From contig OX597816.1 in the NCBI GenBank assembly GCA_951406725.2, positions 16,306,001 to 16,370,000 of the forward strand: 64,000 bases of DNA, written 5' to 3'. The notes under the pieces were generated by a model that was not told the origin of the DNA, searched no databases, and saw nothing but the letters and a program-made list of their open reading frames with translations. The position numbers and the translations under genes are program-made. This document shows, piece after piece, positions 13,870-28,131 of this stretch (within the stretch, counting starts at the first letter, position 1; every line of letters starts with the position of its first letter). The stretch comes from Octopus vulgaris (taxonomy: Eukaryota).

Positions 13870-14645
13870 GTCCTTGTCATCTTTATTAGTGGCTTTTGCT
13901 AGTAGGTACAAATCTCATTAAGGTAGATTGTGGAATAGCTCCATTTGTAGGATTTTCATCTAATTTAAGGGTTTCAATTTAATTAATTTTAAAACATTAA
14001 TATATCAAAAATTAATAACTTCAATAACTGTCCTATAAATATAGGTATTTTTGTTTAACCATATATTTCTCTGGAGTAAATTCAGTTTAATTAATTAAAT
14101 TTATTGTCAAACAAAAAATAAATATATAAATAAATAATTGACACCTTGCATACATTGTAAATATTGAGCAATGTTAATCTTTGGAGATTATCTAAAGTAG
14201 CACTCAAGCATTTGAGCTGAGAATATGGCACTATCTTAATTGACAATATTTCATTCAGTAGTATATGCATACATATACATACATACATACATACATACAT
14301 ACATACATACATACATACATGCTACTCATAACATACAATACATACATCCATATCTACATTGACATACATATCATACATCTTAATTACAATATTTCATTCA
14401 GTAGTATATGCATACATGCATACATACATACACACATGCGCACAAGCACACACACACATATTTACATAAAAACATACACACATGTATATCTATACACATA
14501 ATACGCACAGATTTGTATGTGTGCGTGTGTGTATACACACAATCATACACATGTATGTATATCTATATACATCTCTCTCTCCCTCTCTGTCCTCTCTCTC
14601 CTCTCTCTCTCTCTCTATATATATATATTAACATATGCCCTCCCC

Positions 14646-14676
<31 letters not shown>

Positions 14677-15821
14677 CATACACACACTCACACACATATA
14701 TATATGTATATATACACACATACATACTTTATCGCTATTTAATTAGATGTTATTACTAAACTATGCAAACTTGTTTAGTTGTACTTAGAAATGTAATTTG
14801 CCTAATTATTTTTATTTATTTTTTTTTTCATTTAATTATAATTTTAATATTTTCATATAAATTATATCTGCCAGTAGTTTTATTTAGGAATACCTGTCAC
14901 TAATTTTTTTTTTTTTACATCTGCATAATATAAGCATAAATGTAAATTTTGTAGAGACACCCTCTGCATGAAAACAATATAGTAAAGCCATTGCGAACAA
15001 ATTTAATATAATGAATCAAAAAGAAAGTATGTTAAACTGTTATAATGCTCTATTTATTTTATTTGTCCCTTTTTGAGTCTGGATTGAGGGATCCTTGCAG
15101 ACTCTTTGTGACTAGTTTGCTTGATTTCGTTTATGTTATGCAAACATGCTAAAAGACCACAATTTAAACCTTTCGTTACCAGCCCGGCTGAAACCAGCTC
15201 TGGTTCTGAGTACAAATGTCTTGTTTTTATAAGTTTTGAACTAAAGTCAATACCACCATGACTGATATCCAATCTTCAGTGGAGAAGGCTAGCCACTGGA
15301 TTTGGTTAAAAAGAGACGATGAGTGATGACTAGAAGTATATTGAGTTCTTCATAACCAGCTGATCTAGCAAGCAGGGCCTCATATCAGTGAGGTGGGTTC
15401 GGTGTGCATTGATGCCGTCGAGAGGTAGGCCCCGAAACGGCACGCATTCTCTCCTGATGACCCCATACACTTGCTAGCTTCCAGTATACAGAGCTTTTAA
15501 CTGGTAGCACTTGCATGTGCAAGTTGTTTGCAAGACACCAGTGCAGGTGTTTTTTATGGGTACAATGACCCTCCCAAGATACAACGAAATATGTTTTAAC
15601 ACACATAAGTTCACAGTAAAAATCTTGTGAACCAAAGACAAATACGAAATGTTATTAAAAGTATTTCTGTCCGTACAGGTCATTGCTAGTTTCTCTTGAT
15701 TCTGCTTTAACCTTTTTCATTAGATATAAAATGTAGCTGAGAGCATATTGGTGATGTACACCTGAAACTGATCGTATTTCATGGTATGTGATATTCAGAC
15801 AATTTGATCTGTGTATAAATA

Positions 15822-16213
15822 CTCTTTACTCTTTTACTTGTTTCAGTCATGTGACTGTGGCCATGCTGGAGCACCGCCTTTAGTCGAGCAAATCGACCCC
15901 AGGACTTATTCTTTGTAAGCCTAGTACTTATTCTATCGGTCTCTTTTGTCGAACCGCTAAGTTACGGGGACGTAAACACACCAGTATCGGTTGTCAAGCG
16001 ATGTTGGGGGGACAAACACAGACACACAAACACACACACATATATATATATACATATATACGACGGGCTTCTTTCAGTTTCCGTCTACCAAATCCACTCA
16101 CAAGGCTTTGGTCAGCCCGAGGCTATAGTAGAAGACACTTGCCCGAGGTGCCAAGCAGTGGGACTGAATCCGGAACCATGTGGTTGGTAAGCAAGCTACT
16201 TACCACACAGCTA
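15822..16213 (-). mobile_element. SINE A, near full length
   Basis: High similarity to 3166-3560. Confidence 0.92.
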
Positions 16214-17934
16214 CTAAATCACTTAAATATATTAAATCCAATGTAAATCTCCTCAATGAATTGAATTACATGGACATTTTTTCTTTTATAACTGAACAGG
16301 AGCATATGATAAGAGTATATATTGCATATGTATCCATGAGGATATTAGTATATGTGTGTTCGTGTCTGTGTGTGTGTGTGTGCATATCAGTGTGTTTGTG
16401 TATACTTTTATTTGTAAAAGTATTTATTACGTGTTTGCTTATGTGGGTGAGTATACATGGGTGAAGGTAGCCAACATCAGATCATATGAACAACGAAAGG
16501 ATAAAAGAGACCGGGAGAGAGAAGGCAGCATGCTTGTGGGTCAAAGCTAGAGCATGAGTCTGTAAAGCAAAGAAAAGCCATTAGTCTGTTTGTTAATTTA
16601 GGTCAAGAAAGGAAAGGGGGGGGGGGACAACTCAGAAATGTTAATAATTAAAACTGAATGCAGCTCCTGTCTTATTTGACCTTTTCAGCGAAGCATAATA
16701 TTTACTGATATTTCTCAAGCCTAACGTGAATGTGTGTATGTGTGTTTGTACATGCATTTGTTTATATGTGTTTGTCTGTGTGAGCATACATGATTGAAGG
16801 TTGTGACCATCGGACTGAATGAGCAACCAAAAGCAATGAGCATGTGTTTGTTTGTGGGAACGTTCGTGTTTGTAAAAGCATTTGTTTTTATGTATGACTG
16901 TGTGAGTGAGTGTATATAGGTGAAGAACACCACGAGATTTAAATAAACAACCATAAGCAACAAACAGGTGTGATTTTGTATATACACAATTATATTTATG
17001 TGTGGATGTATGTACCTGTGCATGTGTATTTTCATATAATATAAGGCCCATCACTATTTTTAAAAACCCCAGAATTTGTATATTTATTCTTGGTATACTT
17101 TATATCTGCAAGAATTGCTGCTTCATTCATAATAGATGCAACAAGTTGCTGACCTTCACCTTTGGTGGAGGTCAAGAATCTCTTGCCAAGGTCACAATCC
17201 AAAGCTGACTGATAACAACATACAAATAACATACACATAACTTTACTACTAATGACAGTTAACACTTACACAACCACACTTCTGATAAAATACACTGCTG
17301 TATATGTTTAAAAATTAATTTTTAAAATAATCAAGTATTTGACAAAAATTTAATGAAATAATATTTTTTTCAGTATTAAAATGGTGACTGGATCAAATCT
17401 TAGCACAAAATATTTTATGTAAAATTATGACAGAAAGTTTTGATTTTAATATGCTCACATTAAAATGAGAAATTTTTAATTATAAAATCGTTTAACTCAG
17501 GCAGGTTGACATTAAAAAGTTAAACTTTTAATCTACAATTGAGAGACGTAACAATAGGGAGACATGATATCTCACAATTTAACATTGAACAGAACACTGT
17601 TCAGAAAAATAACAAGCCATATGAATAAAATCATTAAAACGACTTCCATGAATAATTTTATAAAAATAATAATAATAATAATTTATTTTTTTGTATACAC
17701 TAATAATAATAATAATGATGGTATTGCTTTTATGTACATCTCTACACCTTATTTCTTTTCCATTAGCATATTTAAATATTCTATACTGGAGATTTTCTTT
17801 TGCCAAATAAGGAAATTTTAATAATAATAAAAGGAATTTCTATCATCAGTCACTGTCCCCAGTATTTGACTAGTATCTAACCATTTTTATTATTGTTATT
17901 ATTATTATTACTGTTATCATTATCATTATTAAGA

Positions 17935-18920
17935 TAAGGGTGCCAAGCTGGCAGAATTGTTAGCACACCTGGCAAAATGTTTAGTGGTATTTCCTCTGCT
18001 GCTACATTTTGAGTTCAAATTCCACCAAGGTCAATTTTGCCTTTCATCCTTTTGGGGTCAATAGATTAAGTACCAGTTGAGCACTGGGGTTGATGCAATC
18101 AACTTGCTCCTTCCCCCAAAGTTTCAGGCCTTGTGCCTAGAGTAGAAAGGATTATTATTATTTAGTTAGCAAGCTGCCAGAAATGTCAGTTTGTCAGGCA
18201 AAATGCTTAGCAGCATTTTGTCAGTCTCTATGTTCTGAGTTCAAATTCCACTGAAATCGACTTTTCTCTTCGTCCTTTTGGGGTCAATAAAATAAGTATC
18301 AGTTGAGTACTGGGGTCACTGTTATCAACTAGTCCCCTCCCCACAAATTTCAGGCCCCTTGTGCCATTACTAGAAAGGATTATTAATATTATTATTATTA
18401 TTATTAAGGCAGTGAGTTGGCAGAATCTTTAGCACACTGGGTAAAATGCTTAGTGGTATTTCATCTGTCTTTACATTTTGAGTTCAATTTCCGCTCAGGT
18501 CAACTTTGCCTTTCATCCTTTCAGGGTCAAAAAAATTAGTAACAGTCAAGTACTGGGGTTGATGTAATTAGACTACCCACCCACCCAAAATTTCAGGCCT
18601 TGTGCCTATAACAGAAAGGAATGTTTATTATTATTATTATTATTACTACTATTATTATTATAAGTAGTATTAGTAATAGTATTAGTATTAGCATTACTGG
18701 GGCTGTGGATTAGCAAAAATCATTAGAGCATTGAAAAGTACCTTGTGGTGTTTGTTCTGGCTCTTTACACTCTGTGTTCAAATCCCACCGAGGTTAACTC
18801 ATCTTCTCATTCATTCAGGGAATGATAAAATAAGATACCAGTCATATACTGGTTGGATGTGATTGAGTAACCCTCCCACCCCTTAAAACCCCTCCTTGTC
18901 TTGTGCCTATATCTGTAACC
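17935..18920 (+). mobile_element. Four head-to-tail old SINE B copies separated by (ATT)n
   Basis: Units start near 17935, 18165, 18405 and 18700, each with gagttcaaatt..gcctttcatcc core; CpG sites are decayed. Confidence 0.85.
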
Positions 18921-18930
18921 ATTATTATTA

Positions 18931-18994
<64 letters not shown>

Positions 18995-19126
18995 CTTCAT
19001 CATCATCATCATCATCATTATTATTACTATTTGATCTTTAAAAATCTCTGGAATACACTTAATTCATAATCTGAACTTTTATAATCAGGGACTCTCTCTC
19101 TCTCACACATACACACATTATACATA

Positions 19127-19190
<64 letters not shown>

Positions 19191-19732
19191 TGTGAGTGTG
19201 TATGTGAATGTGTATACGTAAGTGTATGTATGCATGCGTATTCATTACCATCTATTTATTAAGATTATTAGAGAATTATATTTATAAATTCTTCATTTGT
19301 TTTTGTTGTTTCTTTTATTCCCTTTTTGCAATAAATCTATTTTGCTAAATTTATTATAAAATGTAGTTATATTGTTGTAATTTCTTCAATACTTAAAATC
19401 CAAGATTTAATTACATTTTGGACATCTTAATATTTTTCATGTAAAAAACTAATATATATAATTTAAAATTTTCTCTTCTTTTAAGAAATACTTGCAAATC
19501 ATATAACATTTACTAACTGAAAGTGAAAAAAACATTCCTCACTTGCGAGGTCATCATATTGATGTCTAAATAACTAAAAACTGCTAAGTCTTAATATTAA
19601 CATATTTCATACAGAAGCATTAAAAAGTTAACAACAAATAATTACACAGTGAGCAAATTACTAAAATAATATTAATTAGGTAATTAGTCAATGACAAATT
19701 TTCTAATTATTTTGCCAAATATTGGAGGTAAA

Positions 19733-19777
19733 TATGGACATATTTCAGTCTTATTATGACCTCATCAGTAAGACATA
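19733..19777 (-). ncRNA. Hammerhead ribozyme-like motif (minimal, type I topology)
   Basis: - strand: tatgtctta CTGATGA GGTC ataataa GACT GAAA TATGTC cata. Core, 4-bp stem II and GUC triplet are present; stem I is weak. Confidence 0.55.
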
Positions 19778-20908
19778 GAATAAATTAGTGATTCTTAAAT
19801 TCATTTTGTTATGGAACTGTTTATGAATGTTTTTGCCAAATTATGAAACCCATATTGGTATTTTAAAGACTATGTTTTTTTGTGTGTATTTTCTATATTT
19901 TAAAAACTCTAATTTTAATCAAACATTAAATGATAGAAACATTGCTTCAAGGACAGAATTTATTTTTTAAAACATGGTGAAGACCATATTTTTATCAAAT
20001 TTTATTAAAAAAAAAAAACTTTATTTCACAAAACCTCTAAACTTTATCATGAGAAACTTTGGGTTTCTTAGACCCAAATCTGAGAAATGCCAGGTTAAGC
20101 TGTCCAATATAAGAAGATAACCATTGTAGCCAGAAAAATATCAGTCTCATCATTGCATCACCAGTGTCCAATGACTAAAATCAGAAAAAAAAAAAAATGG
20201 TTAATGAAAAAAAAATGTAAGAAAATAGTGTTTATTGCTACAAATAAATGACCTTTATCTATATCTGGTCATGGCAATTATATCTATAAGTGGATAATGT
20301 CTTGCAGCAGTTAGAATGTGTAATAACGAAAATAGCGTTTCCAACTGTCAATTTATCAAGTAAATTTGTAGACACTGAGACACATGGCAGTAACTATAGA
20401 TAGCTATACTGGCTTGAAAATAGATCCAGTCTGATTTATTTCATCAACGCATAATATCAAGATGTAATAATTGTTTTGCTATCACACACACACATATATA
20501 CACATATATACACACACGTTCCATACAAATAATTTGTTTTTCAGCTTTCTTTTCTCTGACATATAAGTTTCGATTTGCTACCATATTGGTAAAAGATCAA
20601 CCATGTTTGGGAAAAATCAAAGATAAAAAAAACAAAAAAAAAATAATAAAATAAAGCAAAGCATGATTTATAGAACTGAAGATACCAGTGGTGGCAGAGG
20701 AGATGGTGATGGTAAATAGCGATGTGTGGTGGTAGTGGTGATGGTGATGGTGGTGGTGGTGTTGATGACTTGATATATATGAATGTTTTATTTTAGCTAA
20801 AGGATTGGCACATCAACACAAAAGGTAGTGGTTGCACATCCAAGGTTGCTGTTTTTGTTGAAAAGAAATCTATGGTGCAGCATCAGCATCAGCAGCAGCA
20901 GCATTAGC

Positions 20909-20939
<31 letters not shown>

Positions 20940-21419
20940 TATTTCACTGACTGAATGAATCTTTGAGTGCAATGAATTGATGTGATGACCAAAATGCTAC
21001 AACATTTCTAATGATAGACATGCCATAATGTTGTTGCTGTTGTTGTTGTTGTATTCTTGTTATGTTGTTGTTGTTGTTGTTGTTGTGGCTGCTGCTGTTG
21101 TTGTTGTTGTTTTAATTGATCCAATGAAATTCTTGGATAGCTTGGCGGTTAAAGACAGACAAAGTAACATAAGATAATGACAAGAAGGGGAGAGTGTCTT
21201 CAGAAAAGAGAAAAGAGAAAGAAAAAAAGAAAAAGAGAAACAAACAAACAAACAAAAAGAAAAAGACTTATTTGTTGTCTCAGAAGAAGACGCACAGACA
21301 TTATGATATGAGGAGAAAACCGAGAGCTTCTTCAGAATAGTGGAACATTATATGAAAAATGGACTTTGTGCAAGGCATATGATACGTGATATTTATATCT
21401 TTCTAACTACTTGCCTATC

Positions 21420-21475
<56 letters not shown>

Positions 21476-21762
21476 GATATACATATACATACACACACAC
21501 ACATGTATATATATGTGTGTGTGTGTGTGTGAATATATATATATATGGAGAACGGACGTTAAACGATGATGATGATGATATATATATAATATATATATGA
21601 ATATATATATAATATATATATGAATATATATATAATATATATATATGAATATATAATATATATATATTCTATATTCATTTATATATATATATATTCATAT
21701 ATATGTATCCATATATATATATATATATATTCATATATATATGTATTCATATATATGTATTC

Positions 21763-21794
<32 letters not shown>

Positions 21795-21873
21795 TTCTTA
21801 TATATATTATCTATATATTCATATATATATATTATATATATTCATATATATATATTATATAATTATATATATA

Positions 21874-21919
<46 letters not shown>

Positions 21920-23269
21920 GTGTGTGTGTGTGTGTAATATTTCTTCAACGTGATATGTGATTTCTCTTCGATATCATATAGAATGTATTCGCTATGAGTA
22001 ACTCATGATTATTATGTCTCTTTCTCAACTAAAAAAACTATTGTTGCCCGGTATCAGAAAGTCTATCACTGAATGAAGCCAAAAATTTGAGGAGAGAAAG
22101 GATGATAGCAAATGGCTTAAAGACTAAGAATTCTATTAGCAACTTCTTTTGGTCAACATCAACCACATACTGCCCTGAGCAAAATTTGCTTTGAGAAAAA
22201 TTAGCAGTTGCCCATGCATGTAAGGTTTTACCTTCCATGTCATCAGTTTTTATCCAAGCAAATGGTTACCAGCTTGGGTTGAAATACTTTGGCACCAGAG
22301 TCATCGTGAGTGTGATTATCAGAATGCAAAGAACTGGAACATATTTTGCAAGGCAGCTTTCTCAACCCTGGAACAATTCTGTCAACTCACTGCAAGTTTT
22401 TTTTCAACCCTCATAAGATGAAGGGCAAAGTTAACCTTGGCAGGATTTGAACTCAAAGTGCAGAGATTTGGTACAAATACCAGGTGATACTTTATCCAAT
22501 GCTTTAACGATTTCATCAATTTCCAATCTTTATAATTTTATTACAGGCCTGAAGCAGACATAGTAGAGAGAGCATGTGTCATTGATGGGGTTGTGAATGA
22601 CAACAAAAGGACATTGATAAACCTAACTGATTGATTGAGTAATTAGCCAAATGATTAATCAAACGATTTATTCGTTGAGTGATTGAACGGATAACCACTT
22701 GACACATGAATAATAAAAAAGGAACAGAACCAGTCATCATCGTCATCACCATTTAATGTCTGTTTTCCATGCTGGCATGGGTTGGATGGTTTGACAAGAG
22801 TTAGCAAACTTGAGAACTGTGCCAAGGTCTATTGTCTGTTTTGGCATGGTTCCTATGGCTGGATGCTCTTCTTCATACCAATCACTTTACATAGAGTACT
22901 GGGAGACTTTTACTTGACACCAACACCAATGCATGTGTTTATTATTAGCATAACAGCCCTCCCAAGATACCACATAATTCAAATTAATTTTGATAATTCT
23001 AAATTCTTAATTCAGTAAAAAAATTTTTTTAAAGTCTTACAACAACTGAGCTGAAACTACAAGTGTATTGAGGGGATGAAACAGCTTTTTAAGTGGTTGT
23101 CAAGACTAGAAAGCAAAAATAAATTCAAAACCTGGAACCATTTAGGATACAGCTGGGTTCAGTATATTGTAGTCAACTCTGACCAAGCATACTTATAATT
23201 GAAAATATTCCAGATGTGACCACCCAGCTTTTTAGGAATAACCAGGTCTACATTTATTAAAGTATCCTC

Positions 23270-23658
23270 TCTTTACTCGTTTCAGTCATTTGACTGTGGC
23301 CATGCTGGAGCACCGCCTTTAGTCGAGCAAATCGACCCCAGGACTTATTCTTTGTAAGCTTAGTACTTATTCTATCGGTCTCATTTGCCGAACTGCTAAG
23401 TTATGGAGACGTAAACACACCAACATCGGTTCTCAAGCTATGTTGAGGTAACACAGACACACAAACACAGACAAATATATATATACATATACATATATAT
23501 GACAGGCTTCTTTCAGTTTCCGTCTACCAAATCCACTCACAAGGCTTTGGTCGGCCCGAGGCTACAGTAGAGTACACTTGCCCAAGGTGCCACACAGTGG
23601 GGCTGAACATGGAACCATGTGGTTGGTAAGCAAGCTACTTACCACACAGCCACTCCTG
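23270..23658 (-). mobile_element. SINE A, near full length
   Basis: Same head, linker and tail as the other A copies. Confidence 0.9.
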
Positions 23659-24547
23659 TTTCTTAAGAGGGGGAAGTGTGTGGTTTGAAAAGTATTTGGC
23701 TTTTATTTCTAACAAGTATGTAGAGGCTCCCTCATTGGTTTAGTTCAATATATGAAATGGGATTAATAAAATCTAAATACAATGTGCTAAACATCAGTAT
23801 TTTATGAGGTAATATGGGCCTATAATAGATTTATAAGGACACAAAACATTACATGGACCGGATTTAATAAAAGTTGAAACATGCGTGATTTGAACTGCTC
23901 AAATGAAATTTCTAGAAGTAATCAATAGTTTTTGATACAACTAGCTGGCATAAAAAAACAGTAAATGGTTGGTTGGGGAAAAAATAAAACAGACTGCGCA
24001 GGAAAATTATACCAGAAATTCAAGACGTTGGTACATTTTGGGCGGGTGCCTAAGGAGGACTCTCTCAATGAAAGAATAAATGTGACATGTAACATGTAAA
24101 CAAAATATAATATTGCAAATTAGTGAGATAATGATATTCAATGCAATGACCTTTGAATGGCTTGAGAGAAAATAGTTGAATATGATCTGTTGAAAGTGAA
24201 GTACAATGGTATGTCACAAGTTGTAACTGTTGGTGAAAGTATGAAAGAGAATTTACAGCATTTGTAAAGACTTATCTAAGAATGGATAGAATTTGCTGCA
24301 TGAAAAAAAAACTGCATTTGTTCTGAAGAGTTAGAGTTTACTAGAAGCAGAAGAAGAAGAAGAGAAGGGCAGAAAAAGGAGAAAAGTGATGAGGTCAGAG
24401 TTGAGAAGTATGGGTTCATAGATGACACAAGATCATGAAAATTGGTGAATTGCCATTCTGCCATTCTGCAAAGCCTTCCAACTCAATACAAATCAGAGAA
24501 AAGGATACTGAGACCATGAAGATGCCAATAATGATGCAAGCCATATT

Positions 24548-24594
<47 letters not shown>

Positions 24595-24607
24595 CATATA
24601 TACATAC

Positions 24608-24660
<53 letters not shown>

Positions 24661-25173
24661 TGCATGTATTACACTTTTACAATAAGATGAGGTGATAGTG
24701 ACTTTGAAGTTTCAGGCTGCTAGCCTTCATCAGACTGTGATAGCAGGCTGAAACTTCAAAGACACTTCTTGCAAAAATGTAATTGTACTCCACAAAATGC
24801 ACTGAGTAATTCTACAGCATAATATGTATACGTGTGTGTGTGTGTGTGCGCGTGTATGTTATGCGCTGCAGAAGCTGTATTAGATTAAAATAGTAATCTG
24901 TCTATCATACTTAATGTGAATGCATTGTGATATGGCAAATTAACTGTGGTATTCATCTAGAGATAGTGTGTCTTATGGATGAAACGTGTTTGAAAAGACA
25001 AACGTATTAATAGCCGACGAAAGTCATCCAGCAGCTAGTGACACAGAAAGGTACAGTGAGCATTCTCACAACTGATGCTGGACTGACATGGTATGTGTGA
25101 GGTATGAATGTACACTCACACATGTGTGTATCCCTAAACACATATGGCAAATTTTAACATTAAGACCTATGTA

Positions 25174-26366
25174 TATTGGGCTGGAAAGAAAGTTCTGTTG
25201 CACTTCAAGATAGGAAAAAAACAAATGCTTTTTTGGTTTTAATTTGATGTATTTAATCAAGATAATATTAATTCTCATTATTGATAACATAATTCCATCT
25301 ATTTGGTAAATTATTGATCTGTCGGACATGAAATTATTCAGGTTTTGAAGCAGAGGAACTCTCAAAATCATTTTTAACCTGTTCTCAGTAAACTGTTGTC
25401 CCTTTAAATAATATTGAAATGATGTGGGAAGATAACATTTAGAAGGAACAAGATCAGAAGGGTGACTTGAGCAATATGTGATCATGCATTATTGTGTAAG
25501 AGCTACAGCCCTTTATGACTGACCAAGTATGACCCTTTTTATGTCAATTTTTATGCAAGCTTTCAATTGACACAATACTTCTTTACATTAACTTTCATTT
25601 TCTTTTAACACCTCTTATAGAAAACACTCTTCATAGACCATGAGCGCAGACATAGCTTTTTTCAGATGTAGTCCTGTTTTGGTGGTGGACTCTCCTTTTT
25701 CATTGAATGTTATAATCATTATCATTTTTGTTGTATATATCTATAGAGAACTCACCTTTCATCATTTGTGATGATTCTATCCAGGAAAGTTTGGTAGCAA
25801 TTCTAATCTTCAATGACAAGCAGAGAGCGACTCTTTGATTAAACTGAGAAGCAACCAGACAATGAGGGATCCACTGACCAATTTTAGACATTTTTCCTAG
25901 TTCAGGAAGATGCTTTATGATCATAGTGTGGTTTGAATTGCATTGCTTTACTAATTCTTGTGCAGTTTGCTTTGGACTTTCCTCAACATAGAATATTGTC
26001 GTTCAAATTGAGAAGAATATCTAAGAGAAAAATTTCCCAAGTTAAACTAGTCAAACCATTGCTGAAATATCTGGACATTTAAAGCTTCATTTCCATAAAG
26101 AGAACAAATATTTCTTGCCATTTCCATTGCTGAAGAACCCCTTTTGAATTTCTTACAGAATGCAGTCCCTGATACGGGTCTGATGAAAACTTATTTCAAA
26201 AGAGTAAAATCGATATGAATTTAACCACTTAGGTATAAAATAATTTGCAATGGGAAAAAAGAAATGAGAATGTGAAAATTAATGCTTATTTTAATGTAAA
26301 TATAAAAAAAAGTAGCCTCAAATGATGATGTTAAAAATGCAACAGGAATTTCTTTCCAACCTAATA
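25174..26366 (-). mobile_element. Full-length but degenerate mariner element (~1.19 kb)
   Basis: TIRs tattgggctggaaagaaagttctgttgca / tgcaacaggaatttctttccaacctaata flanked by TA. Transposase remnant KHLPELGKMSKIGQWIPHCL (WVPHEL motif). Confidence 0.9.
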
Positions 26367-27853
26367 TATGCACATATGCAATATTTCTTCCTCCAACACT
26401 AACACATAATGAAGCTCATAAAAATACATTGACAAACATGTACACACTCACACTTTCATTTACACAAATATGCTCCATGCAAAAACAATCAACAACTAGA
26501 ATTTGAAAAACAGGCAAAATGCTCCACAGAACCAAAGAAAAAGTATCTTTTGTTCCCAACACAATATATCATTTCCACAAAAACAAATGAATTTGAAAAG
26601 AAGGAATATGCTTATGAAATAAAGAAAACATCATTTTTGATATCAAAACAACTAACGATCATTTTTGATATCAAAATAACAAGCGATCATTTTTGATAAA
26701 TATATATTTCAAACTAAAATACCAATGATGAAAATGGAAATAAATATATTGGTAGCAAATAAAATTATGAAAAAACTTTAAAATCACCAATAAAAAATTA
26801 ATTGAAACGACATGGCAAAATAATATTGGACACTAATAAAGATAAAAAATATAACTAATAGAAAAAGAATAAAATGAAAAGGACATCTGAGATCAAATCA
26901 AGTAACAGAAGCAAGAAACATAAGCAAAGAAATATATGTTGACATCAACAGATATACATCCATCCATTCTTCACTGCCCACTATTCCTCTTTTGGCATAG
27001 CTTCACAGCTTTGTTTTATCATTGCTGCTTTGTATGTCTTTATGCATTTAATGTTATTATTTCTAGCTTGATAAAGCTTTGCACACACCTGCAAAATTTT
27101 TTATTTGTGTTTTCATATAACAATAGCTACAAATGAGAAATTAGGCTACAAGCAACAAATTCAGTCTCTGTAACAAATGTAGCATAATAATGAAGAAACA
27201 TATGTCCTACAGTCTAAGGTGGCTGACCATTGACCAGCATGGTATGTTTTCACACACATTGTCTGTAAGGAGTATATTTCTTTCTAGACAGTTGTCGCAG
27301 TGAACCTCTTTCCAAATCTGATGTCATGAGCTTTATCAATATAAATGTAAACTGCTTTATGTTAATCATTGCTGCTTTGTATACCTTTTAATTAATTACA
27401 TACTTAATTCACATACACACATGCAAACACGCATGCACACACATTCATGCGTGTGCACACACACACACATGCTTGCTACTTGCTAAACCTTTTTAATATA
27501 GACACAGGGAGAGAACAATACAAGCCATCAAAGAATAGGAGAAATGCAATAAAACAAATATACATTGTAATATACACAAACATATACACATGTGTGTTTG
27601 AATGTGTGTATGTGCACGTGTGTGTGTGTGTGTGTGTGACACAGATCGTCAGGTATCTAGTAGAGATTTTTCTCAAGATACTTGATGAGACAGGTTTGTT
27701 CTACAAGCCTACACAACTTTAAGTTGCATGTTGATGAGTCAAACTGTTATTAAATTATATATACAACACCTACAAAATATATTAAGTGCCACTTTCAAGC
27801 ATTTGTCCACTCACTCATCCGTGTGTATATATATGCATAAACATCTACATACA

Positions 27854-28083
27854 TATTGGGTTGGTGCATAATTATTGCGGCTTTCAACAAATTTTATTCA
27901 ACAAAAACATCTTTAAATGATTATTCTGGAGCATATTCACCATCCACTTCAATTACTGCTTCCCATTTGCTTGGCAGACAGTCAGACCGTCATTTAAAGA
28001 TGTTTTTGTTAAATATTGTAATTGTTTTTGTTGAATAAAATTTGTTGAAAAAAATCCCACAATAATTATACACCAACCCAATA
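27854..28083. mobile_element. Mariner-type MITE
   Basis: TIRs tattgggttggtgcataattatt / aataattatacaccaacccaata extend into ~65-bp inverted arms. Confidence 0.88.
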
Positions 28084-28085
28084 GA

Positions 28086-28128
<43 letters not shown>

Positions 28129-28131
<3 letters not shown>

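Noticed and set aside
15395-15465. Further hammerhead-like fragments (also ~32300, ~37415, ~41840, ~42100)
   Set aside because: Core nucleotides or stems too degenerate to support a call.
17095-17215. - strand peptide ALDCDLGKRFLTSTKGEG.. with a neuropeptide-like GKR, and an 11-bp hairpin at ~17145-17170
   Set aside because: Single motif, no signal peptide, no partner exons, poor splice sites; compatible with chance.
25066-25485. 139-aa - strand ORF
   Set aside because: Lies mostly in the decayed mariner element and runs through its TIR; not an independent gene.
26628-26700. ~28-bp unit repeated about three times (CRISPR-like at a glance)
   Set aside because: Simple minisatellite without unique spacers; eukaryotic context and no cas genes.
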